Below, in pieces: positions 50,030 through 64,000 of a stretch of 64,000 nucleotides of DNA. The notes below the pieces were generated by a model, which ran no database searches, was not told where the DNA came from, and saw only the letters and a program-made list of their open reading frames with translations. The DNA is from Octopus bimaculoides (Eukaryota), in contig NC_068992.1 in the NCBI RefSeq assembly GCF_001194135.2, positions 58,357,322-58,421,321 of the forward strand, in the 5' to 3' direction. The first letter of the stretch is position 1; each line of letters opens with the position of its first letter. The position numbers were made by a program, and so were the translations under genes.

Positions 50030-50245
50030 ATTAGCAACACTAAGGTAAGAGACATTAACAGCACTAAGACCAAAAACATTAGCATTGCTGAGATAAGTGA
50101 CATTGATAACATTAACATTTAAAACATTAGCATCACTAAAATAAGAGGCATTAGCAACACTAAGAGATATTAGCGACACTTGAACCAGAGGGCATTAGCA
50201 ACACTAAAACCAAAGACTCTAGCAAGACTAAGACAGGGCTAGTGC
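50030..50245. repeat. Degenerate minisatellite of about 24 bp (CATTAGCAACACTAAGA...)
   Basis: CATTAGCA/ACACTAA motifs recur at roughly 24-bp spacing, about 8-9 units. Confidence 0.7.
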
Positions 50246-50554
50246 TACCTCTCTAGAAGTTGAAGGTACCTTATAAAGGAACACAACACTTCCTATGGAC
50301 AAAGCAAAGTGTTGCAACAACATCAAAATCACTTATTCTCAGATTCCTCCCCACAACCTCCCATCCTTTAATTAATTTTCTTAATTACAATCATAACTGC
50401 TAAAGTCCACCAGCACAAGAGGAAAAGTAACTGAAAAAGTCTTGAGTTTAAACTCACTTTGATGTTTCATTGCATATTTCAACAGAAACACACTTAATTT
50501 TTTACACACTTCCATTATCCTATTTGGGAATATTTACCAGATCATTTGGAGATG

Positions 50555-50594
<40 letters not shown>

Positions 50595-53429
50595 GGGGTG
50601 TTCTACCCTTGAGTAAGATACCCCTCTTTCTTGCATCCTTGCAGCCACCTAATGTCACAAAACTGGAGTGAAGCAGTTATCCTTAACCCTCTGAGTATAT
50701 TATTTATATTATTTACATTTAAATCTAAAATTATGTAAAAGCACCCAGCACACTCTGTAAAGTGGTTGGTGTTAGGAAGGGCATCCAGCCGTAGAAACCC
50801 TGCCAAATCAGACTGGAATCTGGTGCAGCTTGCCAGCTCTGGTCAAACCCTTCCACCCATGACCCTATGGACAACAGATGTTAAATGATGATGATGATGA
50901 TGATGTCATGAGCCCTGGGAATCATAAGGTCAAGGCTTAACCTCATTTCCATGGCATATAAGTGACTGAGGTTACAACACATTCTGTTAAACAGGACACT
51001 GGTTTATTGCAGGATCAACTTCGCAGCAATTACTGGAACTCATTTAATACGAAAAGAAATGTTTTTCTCAAAAACACAATGCATTGCCTGGTTTAGAAAT
51101 CACAATCAGAACCTTATACAATGAATGCAACACTAACCACTAGGTCATACACCTTCATATATTATTTACATTATGATATATACATTACTAATATGTTAAC
51201 AGCTTTTGCTTCAAAGCCTTACTATACAAAATATATTTATAGATTTTCGGTCAACAGATGTATAGGGAGGAGGTAAATACCTTATCTTTTCTGTCTGTCA
51301 AAGTATTGTATGTATATAAAGATAAGGTGTTTACAACAATCTATATATTGTGCTATCTAAGAATATATTCTGTATTACTTATACATAACATTATTTTTAT
51401 TATTTCTCAAGACATAACAGAATAACTGCCTCAGGTGAATGTGGTTAATTTATTTTTTAAAACCCTGTTCTGTTTCATTGTGTAGACTATATCAAGTTTA
51501 TTATGGAATACCAGTTTATTTATGGAGGTTTTAGGCTGTTTATATTTCCCCGTGTTAACTTGGATTATTATGAAAATACAATAACTTGTCTGCTTGCTTC
51601 ATGCATTTGAAGTCATGTGGAGTAGGAGATTCTTTACACGTAAAACAGTTTAGGGTTAGTATCAGGGAGAAGATCTAGCCATAAGAAACAATGCCTTAAT
51701 AACATATTCATCTAAAATGAAAAAATATGATAAAATAGGGGTGGGGAAAAAAAAAACAATAAAAAGCAGATGGACATAAGAAGATGAACAAACAAGGTTC
51801 AAGAATAAGAAAGGCATTCATGACTTGAAATGGTTGTAAATCAACATACCAACCAATTCATACCAACAAGACTAGAGCCAAGGAAGCAGTATGGGTTGGA
51901 AAAGACAGTAGTGATTTATTGTACTCTTCACACTTCTTGTCAGGTCAGTTTTTAAATTTGAACGGTTGTGAAGCTTGTTTCTATGTGTTTAGTTTGGCAA
52001 TGTATATATGTATGCCTGTTGTGATGATGAAAGGGCTGTTTTGAATGAGTTTTGAAAGTGTTGTTTTTGTTGTTGTCATGGAGCAGAAATAACTGAGTCA
52101 ATGCAGTACCAGACAAGTTGCCAAGAGGTTGGCAGTTTGTCAGGAGATCTAAACCAATGTGTGGTGTCCATAAGTAAAGAACTCGACTAACTTGTAAATA
52201 ACCTGACTAATTCAATGAGGCTATTTAAATCTAAAAGTTAGCAAGGTAGACCTAAACAGTAAATCTGGAGAGAAGAGTTCCTAAGACAGTCAAACTGATT
52301 ACTTTTATCTGGCTTTTTTTTCTTCTTTTATTTATGTCAGACATTGGACTGTGGCCACGATGGGGTACCACCCTGAAGGGTTTAGTCAAACAAATTGACC
52401 CCAGCATATATATATTTTTAAGTCTGGTACCACTTCTGTTGATATCTTTTGCTCAACTGCTAAGTTATCGGGATGTAAACAGACCAACACCAGTTGTCAA
52501 GTGGTTGGGGGAACAAACATACACACAGTTTTTGTCTTCCAAATTCACCCACAAGGCATTGGTCAGCCCAGCGTTTTGGTAGAAGACACTCACTCAAGGT
52601 GCCACTTAGTAGGACTGAACCCAAAGCCATGTCCTGGCAAGGTGGGCTTCTTAATTTCACAGCCATGCCTGTGCCTTTCTAGAAGTTTCTGCAACCAAAT
52701 TAGTTTTCCTTTTTTAATTTTTATTTTATTTAGTTAGTTAGAAAAGCAGCAAGTTGGCAAAGTTGGTAGACCACTGAGCAGAATGCATCATGGTTTTGAT
52801 TGGTGTAACTGTCAGCAGGCAGGAAAGATATGTGTTCTGGTACTTTGGCTTCTCACAGTAAGGTCTGCGATGACACTGGTACCAAGTTGTTTTGACTTAA
52901 GTAGGTAATCATTCCTTTGGATAAACACTGGTGGTATGAGGTTGAGAGACTTGCAAGCAAGGGCAGCGGCCAGACTTCCTCAAAAGAAGTTTGACCTGGC
53001 CTGCATATGCATGTGCAGAGGCATGGCCAACTTGGACCAACTTGGACTAATAATTAGTCATAAGAAGAGAGAAGAGCAGCATCCAAGGCTCTCACAAGGC
53101 CATCAAGACTGATAAGATCAATGAGACTGATGTTAATATGTGTAGATTAAAATCTTCAGGAAAAGAAACTAAAAAAAGAATATCAGAGGATTACAGTTGG
53201 GAATAGGAACGAATGAACAATTACTAGTGCAAAACAGTATGAGGCATAGTAAAGACAACAAGAGCTGCGGGTGTGTAGGAAAGGCTTAAGAGGAGGGTGA
53301 TAAACAGCTTACAACATATAATAGTACATAATGCAGCTACTACAACATAAAGCACACGTAAGGGCCATGGCATGTCTGTGTTGGCACTGCTCATTTGGTA
53401 TCACTGATATGATGATAACTTATTTGATA

Positions 53430-53870
53430 CCGTCTGCTGTGTAATAACATTAGAAAAAAATACTCCATTAATATTCCGAGGTGTCTGTGATGCTGTATTT
53501 CCAAGAAAGAACTTATATTTCAAAACTGTACGAATTTCCGACTTACCCATCTCTAAACAAAAACAGCAAAAAGCGATTTAAAAATACTTTATAAAGTACA
53601 AAATGAGTTAGAATAAAGAAATAGATGTATCAGCTTTCTAACAAAAAATAAAGATTGTCAAAATATAATAATGGCGCAAAATGAGCAGTTGTCAAAGTTT
53701 ACCATATACCTTACTACAAATTTCACACTTGACAACCTAATATATATACCACACTATCTCTCACTCTTTCTCTGTATGTGTATGTCACTCACAAGAAATT
53801 TCATGAGGGCAACAGAGTTGAAAGACGCTCCCAAAGTATCGGCAGCAAGCTAAGAAAAATCTTTACGTCC
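53430..53870 (-). promoter_or_regulatory. CpG-retaining segment with a candidate first-exon end ATGG|GTAAGT (ATG at 53550-53548)
   Basis: Consensus minus-strand donor GGTAAGT at 53547-53541, directly after an ATG, with several CpGs nearby. No downstream partner exon identified. Confidence 0.3.
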
Positions 53871-54955
53871 ATGCACCAAATGGAAAAAAAAAAAAAAAAA
53901 TTTTTTTAAACTTTGTTTATCAAGACATTGCTTCAAATAATGCAGAAATCCATCCTGATCAAGAGGTCTATCTGTCAGAGAAGACATGGTCTGAAACGGA
54001 ATATAGAAGAAAAAAAAGAGATAAAGGGATTCTATTGTGAAAATTGCCCCTTTTATTGATTTGATATAGTTTTCACCCAAATATTGTATATATATGTATA
54101 TATATTAAATAATAAAATGTATACTCTTTCAGTTTGATCAAAATATTTGCTACACTAACCATTGTAATACCTCTTACTCTAGCCACTCTTCTTACCCTCA
54201 CTCACCCTTTCCTGTTTGTTAGGGGTTATGTGATAAAAACACTCATCCTTTTACTTGTGTTCATTTTACTTCTCTTATTGCCATTCACTCACTCAATCAT
54301 TTACTCTCCTATTTCAACCATTATCTCTTCTTATTAGTGTGACTGTGGACAAACTTGCAGATCTATTATAAGTGAATAAGGCAGTAGACTGATTGCATCA
54401 ATATAACAAGTTGCAAGAATTCAACACGGTGAACTTCACTACTAAGAGTTTCTTGCTGGTTTTAGACTTCTCAGTAATATATTTTCTCTGAGTATAATGA
54501 TAATGTATTTACATACAGATATGCCTACACACACTGACAAGCTCATAACACACAGACTCCTATGTAGAGGAAAAGAAAAAACAGCATACTGGTTAAACAA
54601 AGAAAAATTGACATTTCCTGGTAGCAATCAATTCGCACAAACATGAAACATTTCACTAGAGAGAGACTGAGAGAGAGAGAAAGAGAGATGACAAACTATT
54701 GCTGGTGAAAGAAGAACAAGGAGGAGGAGGAAGAGGAAGCAAAGCAGAAGGAGGTGACAAAAAAGAAAGCAAAGGAGACTAGAAGAAAGAAGAGGAAGAA
54801 GAAAAGAAGAGGCACATAGAACAACCAAACTAGAAAGTTTGTCCTTCAACAGAAAAATCTCCTAAATCATTTGTTGTTGGTGTGAAAGATTAAGTTTAAC
54901 ATTTCATTTTTATCATTTCAATTGAGACCAACTTCTTTCTTATTCTTCTTCTTCT

Positions 54956-54995
<40 letters not shown>

Positions 54996-55549
54996 GTGTA
55001 AGATGAACAACATATACAGAAATAGCCTAATTCCATATTTCATCAGATCAAATTCCTGAATTATCAGGAAAGTAGCATGGAGACTAAACTGCGCTGTACT
55101 GAAAAACATTAATTAAGAAACAAACTCAGCAACATTGTTTTATAAAATAAATGTCATGATGTAGTTAATCATCATCATCATCATTATCATTTTAATGTCC
55201 ACATTTCCATGCTTACATGGGTTGGACACAGAATTTACTGAGGTGGATTTTCTATGGCTGGATATCCTTCCTGTCACCAACTCTCACCTGTTTCCAAGTA
55301 AAGGTAATATATATCTCCATGATCAGATATGTTTTTATAAAAGATTCGAAACACAGAACACCACTACTTGACAGTGACACTCATTTCAAGAAAAGCAACA
55401 GTAACATACACACACATGCATATATATATATAGCAGTGGTTCCCAAACTTTTTAGAGACACGACCCACTATTTACGACACTAGTTTATGGCGACCCACTT
55501 AACTCTACTGGGTAAAAACATTAATGAAAGAAACAAATTTATTTCAGAT

Positions 55550-55591
<42 letters not shown>

Positions 55592-57011
55592 CATATATAT
55601 ACACACATATATATGCACTGACATAGATACAGCAACAATTTTCTGGAGCCTTTGGTTCCAAAGCTTTTCTAGACTATTGATTTCTTTTTTAACAAGGGAT
55701 GATCACCTCTAAATTAAATATTAGATTAACCTAAAAATAATTAACTTAAATACAGGTACCTGTAAGTTTGTATAAGTCAGTGTGGATTATAAGATGTTCT
55801 AAACAATAAGTATCTAGAAAAAGTGGGTGTTGTACCTGTGTATGTGTGTGTGTGTGTGTATGTAAAATACATGTAGTGGAGTGCATATTTATTAAAATAT
55901 AGTTACAAATGAACTTTAATTATCATAATAATAACCAGAATGTTACCCATTATATGATGGGTAACTTTGAAATATACTTTTGCCACCATAGGTAAACTGT
56001 CACTGTTAATATCAAATATTGTACATACATATCTGGCTATCTAAACCCACTACTTCTTTATCTCCCCCTACCAATGGTTTGACCTGTTTTACCTTCTACT
56101 TTGTTACATACACAACACAGCATATGCTATTATGATCAAAAAGAACAAGAGAAATATGACCAATAACCATGACAACTACTAGAATAAAGAATAAACAAAT
56201 ACACCATCAGTCAGGAACTAAATAGAAAACAATATCACAACAAAGTGTTTTCAAGAAAATGTCATCTGAGGCAAGACAGTCAATAAAAATGACTACCCCG
56301 GTGGAGGAAATACAAAATGTCTTATTGTCTACAAAGATAACGGAAATATAAAGTGTTTTTATCAATAGTAAAAAAAAATTCACAATCACATTTAACCCAG
56401 TGCATTGCTTAATAAAACTTAACAACAACACATATGGAAGAATCAAGCAATAATGAAACGCACAGTGGTTTCTTTTTACATTAGTAAAAGTTGGAGTGAC
56501 CGAATCGATACAATGTTGGACAAAATGCTTTGCGTTGTTTGTTCAGGCTTTTTATATATTTTTATGAGTTCAAATCCAACTGAGGTCAACTTTGCCTTCT
56601 ATCCTTCTGGGGCTGATAAAATAAAGTGCCTGTCACATGATAGGGTTGGTGGGGTGATATCAATGACAACTACTGAAATTTCAGTTCATCAAAAACAGTT
56701 ATTATACAGGGCAGTGAATTAATAAAATCATTAGGGTGCAAATCAAAATGCCTTGTGGTGTTTTTGTTTAGGTTCCTTACAATCTGAGTTCAGATCCTGC
56801 CAAAATCAGCTTCCAACATCGATGATATAAAATACCAGTCAATATAACCAACTAATTGCTGAACCCAAAATGTCAGGCCTTGCACTTACATAATAAACAG
56901 TTCTTATTATGTAGGGCTACTTCCCAATCACTTAGACTTGGGCTTGGTCCCACTGCATAGTACCTTGGGCAAGTATCATCATGTATGTATGTGCACATAT
57001 ATATATTCTTT

Positions 57012-57204
57012 TATTTTACTTGTTTCAGTCATTTGACTGCGGCCATGCTGGAGCACCACCTTTAGTTGAAGAAATCGACCCCTAGGACTTACTCTTTGTA
57101 AGCTTAGTACTTATTCTTTTGCTTTCTTTTGCCAAACTGCTAAGTTACAGGGACGTAAACACACCAACACCGGTTGTCAAGCGATAGGCGGGAGACAAAC
57201 ACAA

Positions 57205-57242
<38 letters not shown>

Positions 57243-57390
57243 TACAGGTTTCTTTCAGTTTCCGTCTACCAAATCCACTCACAAGACTTTGGTTGGCTCG
57301 AGGCTATAGTAGAAGACACTTGCCCAAGGTGTCACACAGTGGGACTGAACCCAAAACCATGAGGGTGGGAAGCAAGCCTCTTACCACAAT
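57012..57390 (-). mobile_element. Near full-length SINE-B copy
   Basis: All family blocks are present in reverse orientation, including the internal (CA)/(TA) tract. Confidence 0.85.
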
Positions 57391-58579
57391 ATATATATAT
57401 ATATATTTAGAGAGAGAGAGAGAGGAGACAGTTTTGGGGTTGAAAATGCATGTTAGATTTTTAAAACAAATTGTGGAAAAAAAAACAAGATTAATGTTTA
57501 AATGAAAGTGAATGCATAGGAAAAAATTTCATAGCAAAATAATAGGGTAAACAAAAAATTGAGGTAACAAGTTTCCTCCAGGATTCTAAACTTTGAAACT
57601 ATCAACAGTGAAATTATCACTGTGAAATTATCAACAGTATTTGCTGATGCCACCCTAAGTTTGTCTAAGTGGATTTCATTTTTGGTCAAGAGAGAAAAAT
57701 AAAAACAAGAAATGCTATTAAACATTCAGCTAACCATGACATCAGAAAAACAAGTAACATCTTAAGGTAACCAACCAAATGGAACACTGAATGATTATCA
57801 GAAAAAAAAAAACAAGTGACAGTCCACTGAGAATCAACCAATCAGAGCACTGGACTACTAATGGACAAAACAAGTGACCAAGATATTTGATAAACAAATG
57901 ACTCAGATGGTCAACCAGCAAGGTCAAAGGTGAACAACACAAGTAACGTTATTGAGTCTGTGATAAACGTTTTTGTTATAATAAATGTTACTTTAAAATT
58001 ATATCTGTCTACTCCCATTATTTTAGTATTTATAACCAATTTTATGCATCATAAAAATTGTCTCAATTCATCTGCAAGACCCTGTATATATATATATGTG
58101 TGTGTATATATTTCATGATTTTATGGCTACTTCCTTACTGGCTAGTGTCAGGTAGGTTGATTTACTTTCTTCCTCCTGATGTTCTTTCTAACTAACACCA
58201 GCCACTTTACAGAATGTATGAAAAGCATTTTTAAATGGCATTAGTACAAGGAAGGTTGTCAGGTCTTCAGAAAGATAAGAACAATCTTTCAGCTTAACAC
58301 ATAAGTGCGCATTGAGTGCAGTTTATCATGGAACATGTACTTGAAAGGATAAGCTTGATGGATATCAAAAAGGTAGGTTAAAAAGTGTGTGAATGACGCG
58401 AATCGATACCAAATTGGTTAGATGAGGAGTATTAGTAAAATGTAGGAGGTATATGCATTTGATGGCAAAGCAAAGAATAAATTGGTAAATTGGACACAAA
58501 TAACTTATGGAATAAAATTCTGTCCGTCTATGCCCAGTCAACATTGCGTTTTGTCTTCTTCTGAGGGTCATACAATAAT

Positions 58580-59092
58580 CATCATCATCATCATCGTTTA
58601 ACGTCTGCTTTCCATGCCGGCATGGGTTGGACAGTTTAACTGAGGACTAGCAATCCAGGAGGCTGTACCAGGCTCCAATCTGATTTCGCAAGGTTTCTAC
58701 AACTGGATGCCCTTGCTAATGCCAACCATTCCGAGAGTGCAGTGGGTACTTTTTACATGCCACCGACACGGGAGCCAGTCAAGCGGCACTGGCATCGACC
58801 ACACTCAAATGGGGCTTTTCACATGCTACCAGCATGGGAGCCAGTCAGGCAGCACTGGCATTGACCATGCTCGAATGGTGCATTTTACGTGCCACCAACC
58901 GGGGGCTAGTCAGGCGGCACTGGCATCAACCATGCCCGAATGGTGCTTTTTACGTGCCACCAGCACTGGAGCCAGTCAGGCGGCACTAGCATCAACCACT
59001 CTCGAATGGTACTTTTTACATGCCAGCAGCATGGGGGCCAGTCATGCGGCACTGGCCTCAACTACGCTCTAATGGTGCTTTTTATGTGCCTC
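58580..59092 (-). mobile_element. RTE-type 3' tail carrying five 66-bp tandem units
   Basis: (CAT)n tail at about 58580-58597. Unit starts at 58758, 58824, 58890, 58955 and 59021. Confidence 0.85.
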
Positions 59093-60481
59093 TCAATATA
59101 AACTATCTTCAATGTGAGTGCTCCAGAATGGACACAGTCTAACGACTGAAACCAATGAAAGACTAAAAGGCTAAAACAATATAATCTAACATGGCTAGGT
59201 GCAGTCCTAGCCGAGAAGTTTGTTTTGCAATCACAGGAATTTGGTAAATGGAAACTGTGTAGAAGCCCACTGTATGTGTGTGTGTAAGTGCACATATGTC
59301 TGTGCATGTTTATCTTTGACTCTCACTGCTCGACAGTTTGTATTGGTTTCTTTATATCCTCTTAACTTAGCCATCTGACAAAGAGAGACTAACAGGGTAA
59401 GCGCCAGCTTTAAAATAGATACTGGAGTCAATTTATTTGATTAAACCCTCCAAGGCAGTGAGTACTCCAGCATGGCTGCAATCAAATGATTGAAACAAGA
59501 AAGAGAATAAAAGAATACTCATATAAAAAACAAAAACACAAGAAAAAACCGTTGAAAATAAGCATAAATAAAAAGCAGTGATCAATAACAGACTAGTTAA
59601 CAAATTTTAAAAGTTGTATCAAATCTACTTCACCATCACTACTGTCACTACCTCCAACCCATGCATATTTAACAAGGATTTTTACAGTCGGGAACAGATG
59701 GCATCAGAAACATACTATTAAAAAATAAACGATGCAACCAAATGTTACTGCATTTCAATTTCTCATAGCTTGTGGATGGATTATTTTCATATTTGTCTAA
59801 TGCAGCTGTCAGTTGAAGCTTCTCTTGTTTATCCTATATAGATTGTGCAATAGCTCAGAGCACCCAACTGCAAATAGATACCATCAGGAAATGGAGAGAA
59901 AAAGAACATGCTGTTCTTTTTCTCTTTGTGTACCATCTTATAATAATTCTGCTTGTCATTGTGTTACTTAGCCCGACGGTAACACTTTCATGTAATTAGA
60001 GAAAAAGTGGGAGAGAGAAAACAAGGAGAGAGAAGCATCCATGACATGAGGTAGAGGGAATGTAACTGGAACACTTTCATGTGATTAGTTGAAGGGAAAG
60101 AAAGGAGAAAGAAAAAGGAGAGAAAAAGAAGATAAGGCGAAGAGTGAAACAGAGAGAGGAAGAGAGAGGAGAAAGTGAGAGGAGGGAGAGAGAGGAGGGA
60201 GAAAGAGAGTTGATGATGGTGGTGGTGATCAGATACTAAAAAGTGTATTATTTTTTTAAATTGAACGAAGTGTTTTTATATCACCTATCACTTAATGCAT
60301 GTGCAATTCTGTGAAATATTCATACTTATTTACATGACAGACACACACAATTTAACTAAAGGTTGTATCATATGTATAGGATATTTTTTTTCTTTATGGG
60401 AAAAATGGAAAAATAAGACTGAACATTTATTTTATGAGTGCTGAGTATTAAGTTTATAAAATTGTGCATAAAGTATATAAA

Positions 60482-60525
<44 letters not shown>

Positions 60526-63296
60526 NNNNNNNNNNNNNNNNNNNNNNNTATAAAGTGCATTAAGTAATCATCACATTCCAATTTCTTTCACTTTCCAATG
60601 AATAGCAGATGAGCAACTATCTTCCCATACAGACACAACACAGGCTACGCTTTCAGGTTTTTTGGATAAAATTTTCAAAAGAAACTCTGCCAGATCAGAT
60701 TGGAGCCTGGTGCAGCCATCTGGCTTGCCAGTCCTCAGTGAAACCGTCCAACCCATGCCAGCATGGAAAGTGGATGTTAAACGATGATGATGATGATGAT
60801 CCCAATAGGTTTACCATTAATTCTGTGAAATATTCATGGGTGCCGCTAGTACTTAATTAATGGGCATCAATGATCTTGAACCCCGTCCTTGGCAAATTTA
60901 CAGTTTCTCTAGCAATCTTCTTAATTAGATCAAATCAAAACAAAGTCATGCTTCTCTACAAAACTTGCCCTCAAGACACAGGTAGTACTTAAAAACTTAA
61001 CAGTGGTTCCCAACAATTTTTTGCCAATAATTCCTTTGATTCCTATTTTATTGTACTGGACTTCCATAGCCATTCCATAAATATGAAGAAAGAAAAAAAC
61101 AGTAGAAGATACTTGCCCAAAGTGCCACGCAGTGGGACTGAACCTGGAACCATGTGGTTGGAAAGCAAGCTTCTTACCACAGAGCAATGCTAAGAAATTT
61201 ATTGTACATAAATTTTAACAATAAAATCTTATATGGATCCCCAAGGGCCATATGGACCCCAGCTGACATAAGTCATTGACCCCACAGGCCAATATGGAGG
61301 CTTTGTGCCTATGTAAGAAGCAAATATAAATGTAAGGCAAAGCAATGGTAGATTCAGCAAGGCACCAAACAAAATTCCTTAAGGTATTTGTTATGCCTCT
61401 TTCATATTGTTTCTGAGATCAAATCCTATGTAAGCAGATCTTACCTCTTGTCTTGTAAGTCAACAAGTACCAGTAATATACTGGGTCATTGATATAACTG
61501 ACTGTTCCATCTTCCAAAATGTGTGTGCGTGCGAGATATTATTCATCTTCATCATCATTGCTATAATTTTAAGGTCCACTTTTCCATGCTTGCATGGATC
61601 AGATGAAAATTGCTGAGGCAGATTTTCTATGGTCAAGTGCTCTTTCTAGAGAGAAGCAATAAGCACAGCCCAGAGAACACTAGAGAAAAGTTGTCAATAG
61701 CTTATGTGTAATTAGTTCATTGGTGTTTTATTTCAATGACCTCAGAAAGATAAACTTGACCTTGGCAGGATATTAACTCAAAACATAAAACACTGTAACT
61801 CAATTATTCAACACAAAACAAAGCTGCTTTCAGAGATGTGTGAAGGCCATCTTATAATTCAAAATGACTGCAATGTTTTTGTTTTTTGTTGTTTTCTTTC
61901 CAACTGAAGGCGCATATAAGATATTCACGAGTCCCTTAGTGGCTGTTCAGGTTCCAGACCAATCTATTAGTGAACCCCAACACTTTTAGGCCCAACCAGC
62001 AATTCTATACAGCAAAACATTTAGTCCAGTGCTCTGACAACCCTGCCAAGTGTTTAAATACCAATGTATGGATGAATAAAGGAATAAACAAATGGTGGAT
62101 TGAATGAAAACCAGAACAGCCTGGATTTCCCAACCTGCAAATAATTTCAGAGGAAACTAGTATCAAGGGCTCATATTGTTTGGTCCCCAAATTCTCATCT
62201 CTCTTTATCATCACCACACCAGAAGGCTGTGAAGGAACTGCAACATGGTGATTCAGCCTGCTAGAAATAGCAGTAAAGTTTCCCTCAAACAACATCCTCT
62301 CATAAAGAGAGTAACACATTGGATACGAAAGTCCTATATAAATCTAAAGAGATAGGATGGTCATGGCTGGACATAAATCTGCTCAATCAGGCAAAAGAAT
62401 ATGAACTAATGAAGGAGCAAGCAATAGTGTGGTTGCTTGAGTTGTTAGAAGAAGCAGCTAAATCTCCCTCAAATCACAGCCTCCCACCTTAAAATGGGAA
62501 GTATACATAAAAATAATGTGGTTCTGAATAGAAGGCGAGAATGTTTCACAGTTAGAACATTTTTGATTAGGGATGAACTAGAACTAAACAACCATCACCA
62601 CGACCACAACCACCAACACAACAATGACAACAACCATCACACTGACCACTAATATGGCCACCATGCTATCATGTCTGTTAACCTAGATGTAGCTGACCCT
62701 ACTGGAAAACCAACATCCTTTTAACACAACTTGTACATCTCTGACAGTTCATTTTGAAAACCAGGTTGCAGCAAAAAAAAAAAAAAACGAAAGAAAAAAG
62801 TTTGTACAGAGTTACCAGAGCAATTTAATGAAAAGTAGCACAAATTTTTTTTTAAAATAAAGACTGATTTAGAAAGTAGCCCCAAATTTTCATGTTGCTA
62901 ATAAATTGAACAAACACACACACACACACATTCATTTTATTTTTAGTTGTTTTTCAGTCGTTAAAATGGGAATATGCTAATTTATTGTCATGTAAGGTTT
63001 AGCTGATAAAGCTGACACCAAGACTTAATTTATGTCTGGTACTGACTAAATTTATGTCTGGTACTAACTGTATTGACCTCTAATTATTCACTGAACTGCT
63101 AAATGGTAGGGACACAAACCAACACTGAAAGAAACAGAAAGACTCACATACATGTAGACACACACACACACGAACAGCTTCTACATGGTTTCACAAAGCA
63201 TTGGTCAGCCTAGAGCTATAGGAAAAGACATTTGCCCCAAGTGCTGTGAATTAGAATTGAACCTGAAACTTGGTTGTTGTGAATTTTTTTAATTTC

Positions 63297-63790
63297 AGAG
63301 TATTTGTTATTTAAGTTCAAGTGCTTATCTGTAAGTTTCATTATAGAATGAACTATGTTTGCCTTAAGCTGCATTGCAAAAGGGATTATTAACCAGATCT
63401 TATCGTTATTTCATTCATTTTTAGTATTATTATTTTTGGTGTAGAAGCTGTTCTCAGTATACTTGTAGAGTATAAAGTTATGGTTATTATTATTATATTT
63501 CTTTCTATAGTTATATTTATTATTATTACTACAAGTTTTATTGTGGTTATTTCTGTACGGTTTATTTAATTTATATAGCTTGATATTATCATTCTTAACT
63601 GGGGTCATGTCGGTTCTTTGGGGTGTGTTATTTTTAATCTTATAAATATCTAATTTTTTATTATTAGTCATATTAGTATTCTTAATACTACTAATTTTCA
63701 CATTATTGGTATTACTTATGTTATCATTTTTAATGTTATTAGTTATCTTAGTTTGAAACTTATCGTTATTCCTTTATAACACCAAAGATC
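63297..63790 (-). mobile_element. Penelope-like element fragment, copy 2
   Basis: Homologous to 34790-35170. Minus strand: Asn-rich ORF 63411-63701, then NNDKIWLIIPFAMQLKANIVHSIMKLTDKHLNLNNK. Confidence 0.75.
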
Positions 63791-64000
63791 CACTTCTAGT
63801 TGTTATTTATTTCTCCATTTTCTTATTGTCTATATACACATTAAACTACAGTTTACCTTTAAATTACCCACTACCGTATACCTTATAACAAGGGCCATAC
63901 ATACTGAGGTAATTACCAGGAGTGCCTCTGGATACATCTATCCCTCAGATAGTTTTCATACATTAAACTTATATCTTACATTATATATATATATATATAT

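Noticed and set aside
58321-58371. Possible plus-strand 51-bp exon (FIMEHVLERISLMDIKK|GTAGGT)
   Set aside because: Weak acceptor, no partner exons and no recognisable homology.
58707-59072. 121-aa ORF with 22-aa repeats
   Set aside because: Translation of the 66-bp minisatellite in a retroelement tail.

Overview
AT-rich animal genomic DNA from a gapped scaffold (7 N-gaps), dominated by microsatellites and transposon relics. The SINE, RTE and Penelope families and the (TAA)n/(TG)n load point to a coleoid cephalopod, most likely Octopus (inference from recognised repeat families, not a database hit). There is no prokaryotic content and no CRISPR array, and almost all ORFs in the supplied track come from microsatellites, N-gaps or transposons. 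The only well-supported host coding sequence is three phase-compatible minus-strand exons (33418-33471, 30292-30442, 28416-28498) encoding an unidentified coiled-coil protein. Other content: a decayed intronless RPS2 (uS5) pseudogene, a full-length decayed mariner, piggyBac-, hAT- and mariner-type MITEs, RTE, CR1/L2 and Dong/R4 LINE fragments, and Penelope-like fragments, one with a hammerhead-ribozyme motif. Structural oddities include a 124-bp loopless palindrome, several minisatellites, and trains and inverted pairs of SINEs. I found no convincing new multi-gene system. The best leads are the Penelope/hammerhead/palindrome set, the SINE fold-back and the unnamed coiled-coil gene.
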